Positions 1 through 10,000 of a stretch of 64,000 bases of DNA are shown here, piece by piece; the stretch's first letter is position 1, and the number at the start of each line of letters is the position of its first letter. The stretch comes from a virus. Where the stretch lies: the IMG/VR virus record IMGVR_UViG_3300009705_003007, positions 1-64,000 of that record. One strand, written 5' to 3'. The notes below the pieces were generated by a model. The model searched no databases. It saw only the letters and a list, made by a program, of their open reading frames with translations, and was not told the DNA's origin. A program made the translations under genes and the position numbers.

Positions 1-447
1 AAGGTTGGCATTAACGTAGCCGTTCCAACATATGAGCTTCAATTGAGTAGCAACTCTGCTGGCAAGCCTGTTAGTTCGGTATGGAGTGTTGTCTCTGACT
101 CTCGTGTTAAAACAGAAGTAACAGATGTTACTGGCGGTTTGGACAAGATAGCTAACTTAAGACCTGTTAAGTTTAAATATATAGGAGGTTTCTGCGATTG
201 TCATACTGGTGTTGACCCTGATACTTATTACTATAACTTCATTGCTCAAGAAGTCGCTATAGAATTCCCAGAAGCAGTCACTAATAGTGGCGTAGACCTA
301 AAAGACCACGAAACAGACGAAGTCTTGGTTACAGACGTAAAACACTTAGACTCTCACATGATTAATGTTTACTTAGTTTCCGCAATCAAAGAACTTAAAG
401 ATGAGCTGGAAACAGCTAAAGCAAGAATAACTGAATTAGAATCCTAA
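1..447 (+). CDS. Tail fibre/spike C-terminus with intramolecular chaperone (peptidase S74-type) domain; 5'-truncated by the window edge
   Basis: Frame 1 is open from base 1 (KVGINVAVPTYELQLSSNSAGKP...). It has the SDSRVK autocleavage-type motif, LRPVKFKY, FIAQEV...FPEAV and a terminal coiled coil (LVSAIKELKDELETAKARITELES). Confidence 0.85.
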   Translation, partial: KVGINVAVPTYELQLSSNSAGKPVSSVWSVVSDSRVKTEVTDVTGGLDKIANLRPVKFKYIGGFCDCHTGVDPDTYYYNFIAQEVAIEFPEAVTNSGVDLKDHETDEVLVTDVKHLDSHMINVYLVSAIKELKDELETAKARITELES

Positions 448-461
448 CAAGGAGATAAAAA

Positions 462-1031
462 ATGGCTGACGTAACTACAAACGTAAGACCAACCGTAGAT
501 GCTGCCTCAAGAAATGGCAGTGTTATTGTTGGCGCACCAAAGGGCGCTAAAACTGGCGCACTTGGAACTAACTATAGAATAAGGGCTGGTGGCGAGGCTG
601 CTACGGCAACTGTAACGTTTACTGGTGCTGCGACTGTTGATGAAACCATTGTAATCATTGATGCCGATGGCGTTTCTAAAACATACACAGCAAAATCAGG
701 AACGACAGCGGGAAGTCTTCAGTTTATTAATACTGACAAGAACGCCGCCGCCACAGCTTTAAAGCTTTGTATTGATAATGCCGCTGGTCACAATGGATCA
801 ATTGCTGTCGCTGACGACCTAGCTGGCGTTTTAACTTTAACCCAACTGAAACCCGGAGTTAAAGGTAACACCACTATTACTGAAGGTTTGACTAATTGTA
901 CTGTAGTAACCTTCGCTGGTGGAACATCAGAGTCTGGCGTGAATGACGCATCTAGTGTTACTGGACTAGAAACAAAATGGACAGCTAAATTTGATGACAC
1001 CCGTTACTATTCAGGCGACACATCTAGTTAA
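462..1031 (+). CDS. Putative virion structural protein (Ala/Thr/Gly-rich beta domain)
   Basis: AGGAG SD upstream. The central segment ATATVTFTG...TYTAK...LTLTQ..G..GNTTI...FAGG resembles accessory beta domains of phage tail proteins. Lies within the structural module. Confidence 0.5.
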   Translation: MADVTTNVRPTVDAASRNGSVIVGAPKGAKTGALGTNYRIRAGGEAATATVTFTGAATVDETIVIIDADGVSKTYTAKSGTTAGSLQFINTDKNAAATALKLCIDNAAGHNGSIAVADDLAGVLTLTQLKPGVKGNTTITEGLTNCTVVTFAGGTSESGVNDASSVTGLETKWTAKFDDTRYYSGDTSS

Positions 1032-1041
1032 GGTTTAGAAC

Positions 1042-1533
1042 ATGGTTCTTAATTTACCCTCAAGCGCGTTCACTAAATTGAATGAAGCAATTCTTCTATT
1101 TAATAGAACATGTACCGTGGTATATCCAGAAAGAAGACAAACGTGTGAAAACTGTGTTACTAACACGTTTGGGGGAAGGTCTACAAACATTTATGTAACT
1201 GGTGGGCCTATTCCTTTTAACAGAGGTTCAAACTGTCCACTTTGTGGGGGTGAGGGCTTTAAGAATGTAGAAAGCACCGAGTCTGTTGAGTTAAGAATAT
1301 ATTATAAACGAAGAGATTTTATTGACATCGGTGTTACCGCTGATATACCTAACAACGTAATACAAACGGTTGGGTATATGGACGATTACCCAAAGCTAAC
1401 TAAAGCAAAAGAATTGTTAGTGGATGTAGGAAAGCACAATCAAGGTAGATATAAAAGAGTTTCTGAACCGTATAACCAAGGCTTTAAGCAAAACCCAACA
1501 CAGTATATTGTTATATTTTGGGAGAGAGTTTAA
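1042..1533 (+). CDS. Putative head-closure/head-tail connector with Zn-finger insert
   Basis: Position before the neck and terminator genes; CENC and CPLCGG motifs; size 163 aa. Confidence 0.5.
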   Translation: MVLNLPSSAFTKLNEAILLFNRTCTVVYPERRQTCENCVTNTFGGRSTNIYVTGGPIPFNRGSNCPLCGGEGFKNVESTESVELRIYYKRRDFIDIGVTADIPNNVIQTVGYMDDYPKLTKAKELLVDVGKHNQGRYKRVSEPYNQGFKQNPTQYIVIFWERV

Positions 1534-2201
1534 TGGCCAAAAGAGGAAAAATTTCAGTTGAGCTTCTTGATACGTCAGCTCAGCTTGAGAAGATTATTTT
1601 ATCTACCATTAAAAAATCATTTTTGGTAGCGCTTCAAAAATCCAGTAAGAAGATTGAAAGTGGGTTTTCTGGTTTAGTTTATAACGCAGTTTATAATTGC
1701 GTAGAAATGGAACAAGTTAGAGGTGGGTCATTACGTCATGAATTAGGTTTGCCGTCAAGTCAAGGTAGTGCCGTTTCAGAACAAATAGCACGAACTGTTA
1801 GTCAGTCTGTTTTTGTGGAAGTTCAAAAACCACGAGGAAAGAATTCTGGTGGTCTTATTGTAAATATCCAACCAACAAATTTTGCAAATGTACTATCCGT
1901 TTCTGGTTCTACCGTTGATTATTTCTCCAAGAGAAACAAAGAAAACGTTACTCTTGAATGGTTAGATTGGCTACTAACAAGAGGCGACGCAATCATTGTG
2001 GGAAAATTTCACTTTGAGCCTACAGCAGGTCGAGGAAGAACTGGTGGAGGACGTATGGAAAAGGGTGGGTCTTGGAAAATAAATTCTCAGTTTTCAGGCA
2101 CGGTAAGTGACAACTTTATTAGTAGGGCGTTAGAAGGCAAATCTATACGAGGAAAGATGACAAAGATCATCGAACAAACAATAAAGAAAAATTGGAACTA
2201 A
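1533..2201 (+). CDS. Putative neck/tail-completion protein (track start 1518; ATG at 1533, overlapping the upstream stop, is more likely)
   Basis: Basic protein lying between the connector and terminator candidates, ending ...DNFISRALE..., as expected at the HK97 gp10-like position. Called from synteny. Confidence 0.45.
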   Translation: MAKRGKISVELLDTSAQLEKIILSTIKKSFLVALQKSSKKIESGFSGLVYNAVYNCVEMEQVRGGSLRHELGLPSSQGSAVSEQIARTVSQSVFVEVQKPRGKNSGGLIVNIQPTNFANVLSVSGSTVDYFSKRNKENVTLEWLDWLLTRGDAIIVGKFHFEPTAGRGRTGGGRMEKGGSWKINSQFSGTVSDNFISRALEGKSIRGKMTKIIEQTIKKNWN

Positions 2202-2202
2202 G

Positions 2203-3237
2203 ATGACTAAATGGTTAAAAAAAATAAACAATGTTGGCGATAGTACCATTTCGTCAATCATGCAAGACAACCTAATTGAACTTTTTGATTGGGGTCTTTT
2301 AGACGCTGGTGGTTTCTTTAATGTTGAAATACCAACATCCGGTCAATACGGAGGAGACAAGCATAAGCTTAGATTAGTAGATGATCCCAGATATACAAAG
2401 GGTCAAATATGGGAAGGCTTTAGATCCAATTGGGTTTGGCAAAGCGGTGTCTCAGCAACTACTCAGCCTAAAACGTTAACAAAACTAAAACCAAACTCAA
2501 CGGATTATCCCAACTCGTTACACTCGCCGGGTATTTCGGGAGTGTTTATTGGTGGTGTATTTCAACCAACTTCTGGTGTTGGTGTTTATAAACATCATAT
2601 TGACTACCCAAACGGTAGGGTTGTTTTTGACAGTGCAGTTAGCACAACTAGCGCAGTGACTGCTGAGTTTAGCTACAAATGGACAAAAGTAACAAAATCA
2701 AACGAAAGCTTCTTTCGAGAAATTCAATATAGATCACAACGAGCAGATGGCGATTTTACCCTAGAAGGTTCTGGCGATTGGTCACAGTTAGCTGAAACCA
2801 GACTCCAATTACCTGCAATAGGAATCGAAGTTGCCAAAAGAAGAAATTCTGACCCCTATTCATTAGGATCGCTAGACCATTATGTTAATACTGATGTATT
2901 ATTTCATGTTTTAGCAGAAGACGATTATGATAGAGATAAACTGTTAGATATAGTGTCTTTTCAACAAGAAAATACCATAAGTATGTTTGATAGTGATATG
3001 ATTGGAAGGAAAAATGCTTTTCCTCTGGATTACAGAGGTATGACAAATAGCGACGCTAAGGTGTATCCCTTATTAATACAGCCTAGCGGAACGGGAGGAT
3101 TTAAGTACGGTGAAACACTTTCAGATAGTCATGGTAAAACAATGTTTATTGGCACGGCTGATATTCAACGTTCTGAAGAAATTTCACCAAATTTATATCA
3201 CGGAGTAGTAAGAATGAAGACCGAGGTAATTATCTAA
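2203..3237 (+). CDS. Putative tail terminator protein
   Basis: Immediately upstream of the tube gene. Has the QLPAIGIEV and DVLFHVLAEDDYDRDKLLDIV pattern typical of terminators, plus an inserted IDYPNGRVVF beta domain. Confidence 0.55.
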   Translation: MTKWLKKINNVGDSTISSIMQDNLIELFDWGLLDAGGFFNVEIPTSGQYGGDKHKLRLVDDPRYTKGQIWEGFRSNWVWQSGVSATTQPKTLTKLKPNSTDYPNSLHSPGISGVFIGGVFQPTSGVGVYKHHIDYPNGRVVFDSAVSTTSAVTAEFSYKWTKVTKSNESFFREIQYRSQRADGDFTLEGSGDWSQLAETRLQLPAIGIEVAKRRNSDPYSLGSLDHYVNTDVLFHVLAEDDYDRDKLLDIVSFQQENTISMFDSDMIGRKNAFPLDYRGMTNSDAKVYPLLIQPSGTGGFKYGETLSDSHGKTMFIGTADIQRSEEISPNLYHGVVRMKTEVII

Positions 3238-3251
3238 TTAATTACCTCAAT

Positions 3252-3271
3252 TGGTGTATAATATATTAGAA
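3252..3271 (+). promoter_or_regulatory. Putative phage late promoter TGGTGTATAATA-nnn-TAGAA (copy 1)
   Basis: Intergenic, upstream of the tail tube gene. 17 of 20 nt match the intergenic motif at 39821-39840. Confidence 0.7.
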
Positions 3272-3303
3272 AGATAAAACTTTTCCTCTTAGGAGAGACT
3301 TAA

Positions 3304-4341
3304 ATGGTTAACAAAAGAACATACTGGGCAGTTGAAGCCCTTGGTGTAGCAGCAGAAGGCTTGGGGGGCACAATCAGCAATGCTCAATATGTACCCGGAG
3401 TTCAAAGCGTTGGTATCACCACAAATTTTAACTTAGAACAAATTTTTCAACTTGGCCAACTAGAAATCTATCAAGATCTTGAAGAAGTTCCAGATGTAGA
3501 AGTTTCTGTTGAAAGAGTTATAGATCAATTTACTTGCATGTATGCTCGTACAATGAATGTTGGTGCGCCGGGCAACAAGATTACAATTTCGGGTGATCAA
3601 AACAATAAATGTGATGTTGTTTTTAGTGTCAATAATGAAACAACAGATGATGTTGCTGGTGATGATAATCCAGATTCCTATGTTTGGTGTTCTGGAATGT
3701 TTTGTTCCAGTGCTTCATTTACTTTTGGGGTCGATGGCAATTTCACTGAATCTACCACTTTGGTTGGTAATCATAAAAAATGGACTGCTGCTCCCGGTGC
3801 TAAAATCCAGAATTTACCTACTGATGCTGCGGTTCTTGCTGGAAATGCTCCAACAGCCGGTGATGTTAAAAAGAGACAACATTTCACTATGCTGAGCATA
3901 CCAGCACCAATCTCTGCTCTTGCTGCGTCAGAAAAAGCTATTCAAAGTATTAGCGTTAGTGTTGACTTTGGGCGTGAAGAAATTAACGCTCTTGGTACTA
4001 GACTTCCTTATCACAGGTTTGTTACTTTTCCAGTTGAAGTTTCTTGTGAAATTGAAGCTCTTGTTACTGATGTCACTGACATGACTATGAACGCTTTACC
4101 AAACGCGGCTAATACTACTGCTCAGGCTATTAAGTTCGTAGTCGGAGACATTGCCGTAACAGATGTTCAAACTATTGGCGCTTCTACTGCCGTTCACACC
4201 TTTGATTTAGGTGCTAAGAATAGAGTACAGTCTGTTACATGGAACGGTGTTGATACGGGTGGTGGAAATGCCAGCATAACGTATTCGTTCCGTAACTTTA
4301 ATAAGCTTGATTATACCTCAGCTGGTACTCTGAATACTTAA
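3304..4341 (+). CDS. Major tail tube protein
   Basis: AGGAG SD and its own promoter. Two internal repeats (GVQSVGITTNFNLEQIFQLGQ and AIQSISVSVDFGREEINALGT). Position between terminator and chaperones/tape measure. Confidence 0.7.
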   Translation: MVNKRTYWAVEALGVAAEGLGGTISNAQYVPGVQSVGITTNFNLEQIFQLGQLEIYQDLEEVPDVEVSVERVIDQFTCMYARTMNVGAPGNKITISGDQNNKCDVVFSVNNETTDDVAGDDNPDSYVWCSGMFCSSASFTFGVDGNFTESTTLVGNHKKWTAAPGAKIQNLPTDAAVLAGNAPTAGDVKKRQHFTMLSIPAPISALAASEKAIQSISVSVDFGREEINALGTRLPYHRFVTFPVEVSCEIEALVTDVTDMTMNALPNAANTTAQAIKFVVGDIAVTDVQTIGASTAVHTFDLGAKNRVQSVTWNGVDTGGGNASITYSFRNFNKLDYTSAGTLNT

Positions 4342-4362
4342 TACTTAAGAATTTTACTGATG

Positions 4363-4392
4363 ATTAGGGGGTTGGGAAACCAGCCCCCTGAT
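4363..4392 (+). terminator. Strong hairpin after the tail tube gene (3' stabiliser or weak terminator; no U-tract)
   Basis: ATTAGGGGGTTGG-GAAA-CCAGCCCCCTGAT: 13-bp stem including G-U pairs, with a GNRA loop. Confidence 0.55.
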
Positions 4393-4463
4393 GTCGGTTT
4401 ATACAACACCAGTCACTTTTCAGGATGGAGACGGGTGAATAAACTGATTTTATATAATGGATT

Positions 4464-4501
4464 TAAGGAACGGGAAACTACACTTCCCGTCTAAAGTTAT
4501 G
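4464..4501 (+). promoter_or_regulatory. Hairpin-bridged ribosome binding site
   Basis: TAAGGA (4464-4469), a perfect 7-bp stem ACGGGAA/TTCCCGT (4470-4490), 8 nt, then ATG at 4499. Confidence 0.45.
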
Positions 4502-5533
4502 GAACTTTATGAGCGGGAATTTTTTTTGTCACGATTATTACTTGATAAAAAGATTGTAGAAATTGGTGATTTGGTTTTATATATATACCCATTAACCATT
4601 GATCAAAACTACACCGCGCAAAAAGTTTTTAGGGACGCTTACGAAGAAGCTTTATTTTCTGGTGTTTTTGCTAGAAAAGAAATGCGAGCATTGATGGTTC
4701 GTGAAGGGATTTGGTCAAAAGAAAAAGACCTTCAGTTAACAAGAAACACTAAAGCAATAGAAGATTCAAAATTAGCCATTTATAATAATTTCTTAGTACC
4801 ATCAAGAAGAGAACAATCAAGACTAGAGCTTAGAGAGTTAGAAAAACAACAAGGATCATTATTCCAAACTAAGCACACAAACGACCATCTAGACTGCGAA
4901 GGGTTAGCAACATACGCTAGATGGAACTGGGTAATTGAAAATACAACAAAACATACAGACAACAGCCCATATCTATTTAATGAAGTAGATATAACAACAA
5001 TGTTAAAGTTAAACAATGATTGGGACTTAGACACAGAACAACTAAGAGAGATGTCTAGAACAGAACCTTGGTCTAGCATTTGGTTAAACTCAGGTAAAAA
5101 CCCAGAAAGAATTTTTAGAAAACATGTTTTTGAACTTACAAAGGATCAAGACGAAATAGTTAGTTGGTCTGGATTGTATGAAAATGTAGCAGGAGCTGGC
5201 GAAAGCCCAAAAAAAGAAATTATAGAAGATAACGACGCGCTTGATGGGTGGTTAATAGCACAAAATAGAGAAGCAGAAAAAGAAAAAGGCAAAAAACAGG
5301 TAGCAGGATTTGAACAAGCACACCAAAACGCAGACGAGGTTTTTATTGTAGCTAGAAGTAAAGAAGAGACCAACGCTATATACGATTTAAACGAAGGTGA
5401 AAGTAAGATGATAATTAAGGCTAGAAATCATCAAATGAAAGAGGCAGGTAAAGACGGAGTTAAGTACGAAAAATTTAATGACGTTAAACTAAGAGTAATT
5501 AACGAAGCCAGTGAAAAATTTGGAAATAGATAA
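4499..5533 (+). CDS. Tail assembly chaperone, long (gpGT-like) paralog (track start 4457)
   Basis: Lies between tube and tape measure genes. The N-half is visibly homologous to 5924-6958, and it has an extra Trp-containing C-terminal region. Confidence 0.55.
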   Translation: MELYEREFFLSRLLLDKKIVEIGDLVLYIYPLTIDQNYTAQKVFRDAYEEALFSGVFARKEMRALMVREGIWSKEKDLQLTRNTKAIEDSKLAIYNNFLVPSRREQSRLELRELEKQQGSLFQTKHTNDHLDCEGLATYARWNWVIENTTKHTDNSPYLFNEVDITTMLKLNNDWDLDTEQLREMSRTEPWSSIWLNSGKNPERIFRKHVFELTKDQDEIVSWSGLYENVAGAGESPKKEIIEDNDALDGWLIAQNREAEKEKGKKQVAGFEQAHQNADEVFIVARSKEETNAIYDLNEGESKMIIKARNHQMKEAGKDGVKYEKFNDVKLRVINEASEKFGNR

Positions 5534-5544
5534 TAGGAGGAATA

Positions 5545-5943
5545 ATGGATGAACCATACGCTGAATTAGTAAGGCGGTCGGATCAATACAAGAGCGACAA
5601 GTCCAGCAAACACAAAGAAGTATCAAAAGAGAGACTTCTAAAAATATCAAAGAAAAAGATACAGACCACTATGATTGGTGCGTTAAGCACCATGGAAAAA
5701 TATCTTGGTTTTTTGTGGGGGTATGAAAGTTCAGAAGAATTAACTCCTGAACAAGAACACCTTAAGCAAATTTATGAAGAAGTAAGATCGGAAATACTTG
5801 ACAGGGGAAATAATCAAGCCAGAAACTTAGAGGCAGAGTTTGCCAACTATGATATTAACTGGCTACGATATCAGATTACTTTACCTGTTAAGCCTATAAC
5901 AACAATGGAAAAAGGAGAAGAAGATGGCGAAGAGCAAGAATAA
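5545..5943 (+). CDS. Hypothetical helical protein in the tail-assembly region
   Basis: AGGAGG SD; 132-aa ORF; no recognisable motif. Confidence 0.6.
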   Translation: MDEPYAELVRRSDQYKSDKSSKHKEVSKERLLKISKKKIQTTMIGALSTMEKYLGFLWGYESSEELTPEQEHLKQIYEEVRSEILDRGNNQARNLEAEFANYDINWLRYQITLPVKPITTMEKGEEDGEEQE

Positions 5944-6958
5944 CCGGATTAAAGTCGAGTCTAAAGATTTAGAAGGAAAGAAGAAAATTGTCTATGTAAA
6001 AATCCCAGACACTAGAATAAACAAAGAAGCTCAACTAGCTTACAACCAAGCTTTTAGAGACGCTTTGCAGTCTGGAGCGATTTTAAGACAAAAACTTACC
6101 AATGTTCTAGAAGAGCAGGGTGTTTGGGACGACGAAAAAGAAAAACAATACAAAGATGTTATGAGTTCAATTAGCGAAGGAGAGAAGTCACTAAAAAAAG
6201 GTGGCATTACTCTTTCTGAAGCTAGAGAAACAGCCCTTAACATGAAGAGAAAACGTGGAGAATTTCGCGGCCTAATAGCAGAACGTAGTTCAATGGACGG
6301 CAACACTGCGGAAGGTCAAGCGGACAATGAAAGGTTTTCTTTTTTAGTCTATCGTTGTTTACTCCAAGATAATGGATCACAACTATTTGCTTCCAAAGAA
6401 GATTATGAAGAAAACGCTAATGAGCCATACGTGGTTGATGCGGCTGGGCAACTTGCCGAAAAGCTTTATGGTTTAGACCCAGACTATGAAAGCAATCTTC
6501 CAGAAAGTAAATTCCTAACAAACTATAAGTTAGCAGACAAGAAACTGCGCCTTATTAATAAAGACGGTCACTTGATTGACATTGACGAAGATGGTGTGGA
6601 AAGACTACTTGATGAAGATAATAGATTCATTGCTTATGATGACGATGGTGAATCTTACTACATTAGTAGAACAGGTGAAAAAATTGATGCAGAAGGGGAT
6701 ATTGTTGGTGAAGCATTTTCTCCTTTTCTAGATGATGGTGGTAAACCGATTCCAGTACCGGGAAAGAAAAAATCCAAAATTGAAGCCTCGGACGAAACTG
6801 AAGATTCTGACGAAACAGAAGAAACAGAAGAAACAGAAGAAACAGTAGAAGCTGAAATGGTTGGTGATTTTGGTGAGGGTACACCAATTGGAGAGCCTGA
6901 AGAAGCACCAGTCAAAAAAAGAGGACGACCAAAGAAAAAACAGACAACAACCGAATAG
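5924..6958 (+). CDS. Tail assembly chaperone (gpG-like) with acidic low-complexity tail
   Basis: Directly upstream of the tape measure gene and paralogous to 4499-5533. E/T-rich tail ending in KKRGRPKKK. Confidence 0.55.
   Translation: MAKSKNNRIKVESKDLEGKKKIVYVKIPDTRINKEAQLAYNQAFRDALQSGAILRQKLTNVLEEQGVWDDEKEKQYKDVMSSISEGEKSLKKGGITLSEARETALNMKRKRGEFRGLIAERSSMDGNTAEGQADNERFSFLVYRCLLQDNGSQLFASKEDYEENANEPYVVDAAGQLAEKLYGLDPDYESNLPESKFLTNYKLADKKLRLINKDGHLIDIDEDGVERLLDEDNRFIAYDDDGESYYISRTGEKIDAEGDIVGEAFSPFLDDGGKPIPVPGKKKSKIEASDETEDSDETEETEETEETVEAEMVGDFGEGTPIGEPEEAPVKKRGRPKKKQTTTE
6812..6845 (+). repeat. 9-bp tandem repeat GAAACAGAA (three full copies plus a partial) encoding ETE
   Basis: Read directly from the sequence. 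Confidence 0.85.
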
Positions 6959-6973
6959 TAAACATTGGAAAGT

Positions 6974-7017
6974 GGGTGTGTCGTTAGCCGTAAGCTACCG
7001 GTACACCCCTTTTTTTT
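6974..7017 (+). terminator. Rho-independent terminator directly upstream of the tape measure gene
   Basis: Stem GGGTGTGTCG/CGGTACACCC plus TAGC/GCTA, loop CGTAA, followed by T8. Confidence 0.8.
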
Positions 7018-7028
7018 AGGGTATCTCA

Positions 7029-10000
7029 ATGGCCGAAAAATTTGTTTTAACAGCTCAGCTTAATCTACAAGCTCCTACAAACGTCAAACAAGTCCTTAGT
7101 TCGATGAAGAACGACCTAAAGTCTGTTTCTGTCGATATTGATGTTAAGAAAGGAGCGCAGGCTGTTAAGAAGCTAAACCAAGTTGCAAAGGCTACTAAAG
7201 AAGTTGAGTCAAGCGCAAAGAAAGCCAGCACTGGTGCTGATCAGATGGGTCGAGCTTTCGGCGGTGCTTTGAAAAATGTTCTCAAATACGATCTTGCTCG
7301 TAGAGTTTTCTCCGCGTTTACTAATACTATTGAACAAGGACTTCAAGACGCGATCAAGTTTGAACGAGAGATGATTAAAATCGCTCAGGTTTCTGGAGCG
7401 ACCGCAAAAGAACTAAAAGGTCTTGAGCGAACAGTTACTAAACTCTCAACCTCTTTGGGTGTGTCTTCATCAAGTTTAGTTAGGGTTGGTTTAATTCTAA
7501 AGCAAACAGGCTTAGGTATTAGAGATACGGCGACTGCCATGGAAGCTCTTGCTAAGACAGAGCTTGCTCCTACGTTTGATAACATTACCAACACTGCGGA
7601 AACAGCCATTGCTGCCATGAGGCAGTTTAAAATAGAAGCTAGCGGTTTAGAAGCTTTATTAAGTAAGATTAATACAGTAGCCGCAAACTTTGCTGTCGAA
7701 GCTTCCGATATTGGCGTGGCTGTTAAACGTGCCGGTGGTGCATTTAATGCTGCTGGTGGTCAAGTAGAAGAACTTATTGCTTTGTTTACTTCTGTGCGTT
7801 CTACAACTCGTGAAACAGCAGAAACAATTGCTACTGGTTTTCGTACTATATTTACTCGTATGCAAAGACCTACCACAATTAAGTTTTTGCGTCAGTTTGG
7901 TGTTGAGTTAACAGATCTTCAAGGTAAATTCGTTGGGCCTTTTGAAGCTGTTAAAAGACTAAGTAGCGCTTTACAGGGTTTGGAATCAACAGACCTTAGA
8001 TTCTCTGCTATTGTTGAACAGCTTGGTGGCTTCCGTCAGGTTTCTAAAGTGATTCCTCTTATTAAAGAATTTAGCACCGCTCAGTCTGCAATGAACGCTC
8101 AGTTAGATGGTGCGGGTAGTCTCGCTAAAGACGCTGAGATGGCACAGGCCTCTCTTGCTATCCAGCTGATAAAATTGTCGGAAAACGTTAAAGAGTTATT
8201 CCGTGAGATTGCTGGTTCTACCGCCTTTAAGGAAATGGCCAAATTTGCCCTAATGGCTGCCAATGCTGCGGTTACGTTAGGCAAAGCCATCGCTCCTATT
8301 ATACCTCTGATTACTGCGATGATGGCGTTTAAGGCTGTTAAATGGGGTGGTGGAAAAATGTTTGGTGGCGGCGGAATTAAGAATGCTATGTTTGGTGGTG
8401 GTAGTGGCGGCGGTAGTGGCGGTGGTATGGGAATGGGTTTCAGTGGGGGTGGTCGAGTAAGACGCTTTAGCGGCGGTGGTTGGGTTCCCGGTAGTGGTAA
8501 TGGAGATACTGTTCCGGCTATGTTACAGCCGGGAGAATTTGTGCTGCGTAAATCTGCGGCTCAGGCTTATGGGTCACAACTCAATGGCATGAATGGGTAC
8601 GCTAAAGGTGGCAAAACTGTGTCAGTTAAGGGACAAACCCTACGAGGTTTCTCAAAAGTAGGAGCCATGGTTAACGAACCGGGAAAACGCAGATGGACAC
8701 ACCGAACTACAAAACCAGACGGATCTCAGAACCCATGGGGTAAATCAGCGCCTTCTGATCAATTTAATCCGGGCGATAGGTTTAGTGTTCAAAATGAACA
8801 TATGAAGATTCCCATGGGTCAAAATAATCTACAGAGTCATTTAAATGATACTGAACGGTCAGCCCTTATGACATTCAAGGGTATATCAGCCGGAAAAGCT
8901 TGGGAAAAAGTGTTAAAGAAGAGTAACACACTGAAGAAATCAGGGGGTTCAAGTCCAGCTTTAGACGGAACGATTGGTGGTACTCTAGGCGATGCTGCTA
9001 TTAGTTCTTCAGCACATAGCCCAGCAAGCATTGCTGGAAAATACTTTAGACATATGGCACTGGGTAAAAATAAGGCTGGGTTTTTAGGTGGTTTTGCAAC
9101 AACACACAAATCAGACAAGCTTGATATGCCCGGATCGGTAACAGAATTCCTTCCCCAAAAACAGCAGATTAAAGCCGCTTTAACGCAAATTAAATCGAAG
9201 AACAAAACCAACAAACTGGTATTAAAAAAATCTAAGGGCAAATTAGCTAATATTGGGAGGTCTGAAAAATTCGCTAGTGGTGGTGAAGTTCCATCTCTTC
9301 TTACTCCCGGTGAATTTGTTGTTAATAAACAATCAGCTCAATCATTTGGGTACGGCAACCTTCGCAAGATGAACAAGTATGCTGGCGGTGGAACAGTTCG
9401 TAGATACGCTAGCGGTACTGGAGGTACTGGCGTCACGAGTGGTGGCAGCATGGGTATGGGCGGTGGCATGATGATGCCCATGATGATGAGTAACATGATG
9501 GACAGTACTGGTAAAGCTACCAAGGGTATTTATGGAATGGGTGAAGGCGCTATGGGTGCGTACTTCAAAATGAACATGTTCTCTGCCGCTCTTGACATGG
9601 GAATGGATGCAATGGGTCAAGAAGAAGGGGCTACTAGAGAGTTCACAGACGTATTGATGAAAGCCGCTACAGTTTTAGGCACAATCAAAGGCGCAACAGG
9701 TGCGGGTGGCGGTGCTGGAATGCTTAGTAAGGCAGCTGACGTGGGAATGGCTGCGTCTATGTTTCAGGGTGGCGGTATAAAAGGTGCTGCCACTCGAATG
9801 GGAGGCAAGGCTCTTGCAGGAGGAGCGCAAGGGATAAAAGGAGTCGCGACAAAAGGTTTGTTCTGGAAGCAGGTAGCAAAGAGGGAAGATGTAGCCACAA
9901 AGGCAGCCAAGAGAGTTCTTGCGTTAGAAAAATCAAAGATTGCTGCGATTAAAACACAAGGCAAAGCGCAGAAGGAGTTGACTAAACTTACCCAAAAGAA

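Noticed and set aside
6760-6783. Lambda-type slippery heptamer G GGA AAG in frame in the chaperone gene upstream of the tape measure gene
   Set aside because: The -1 frame stops at TGA 6781-6783 after a few codons, so no GT-type extension results. The leading G is explained by CCG use in Pro-Gly (CCWGG avoidance).
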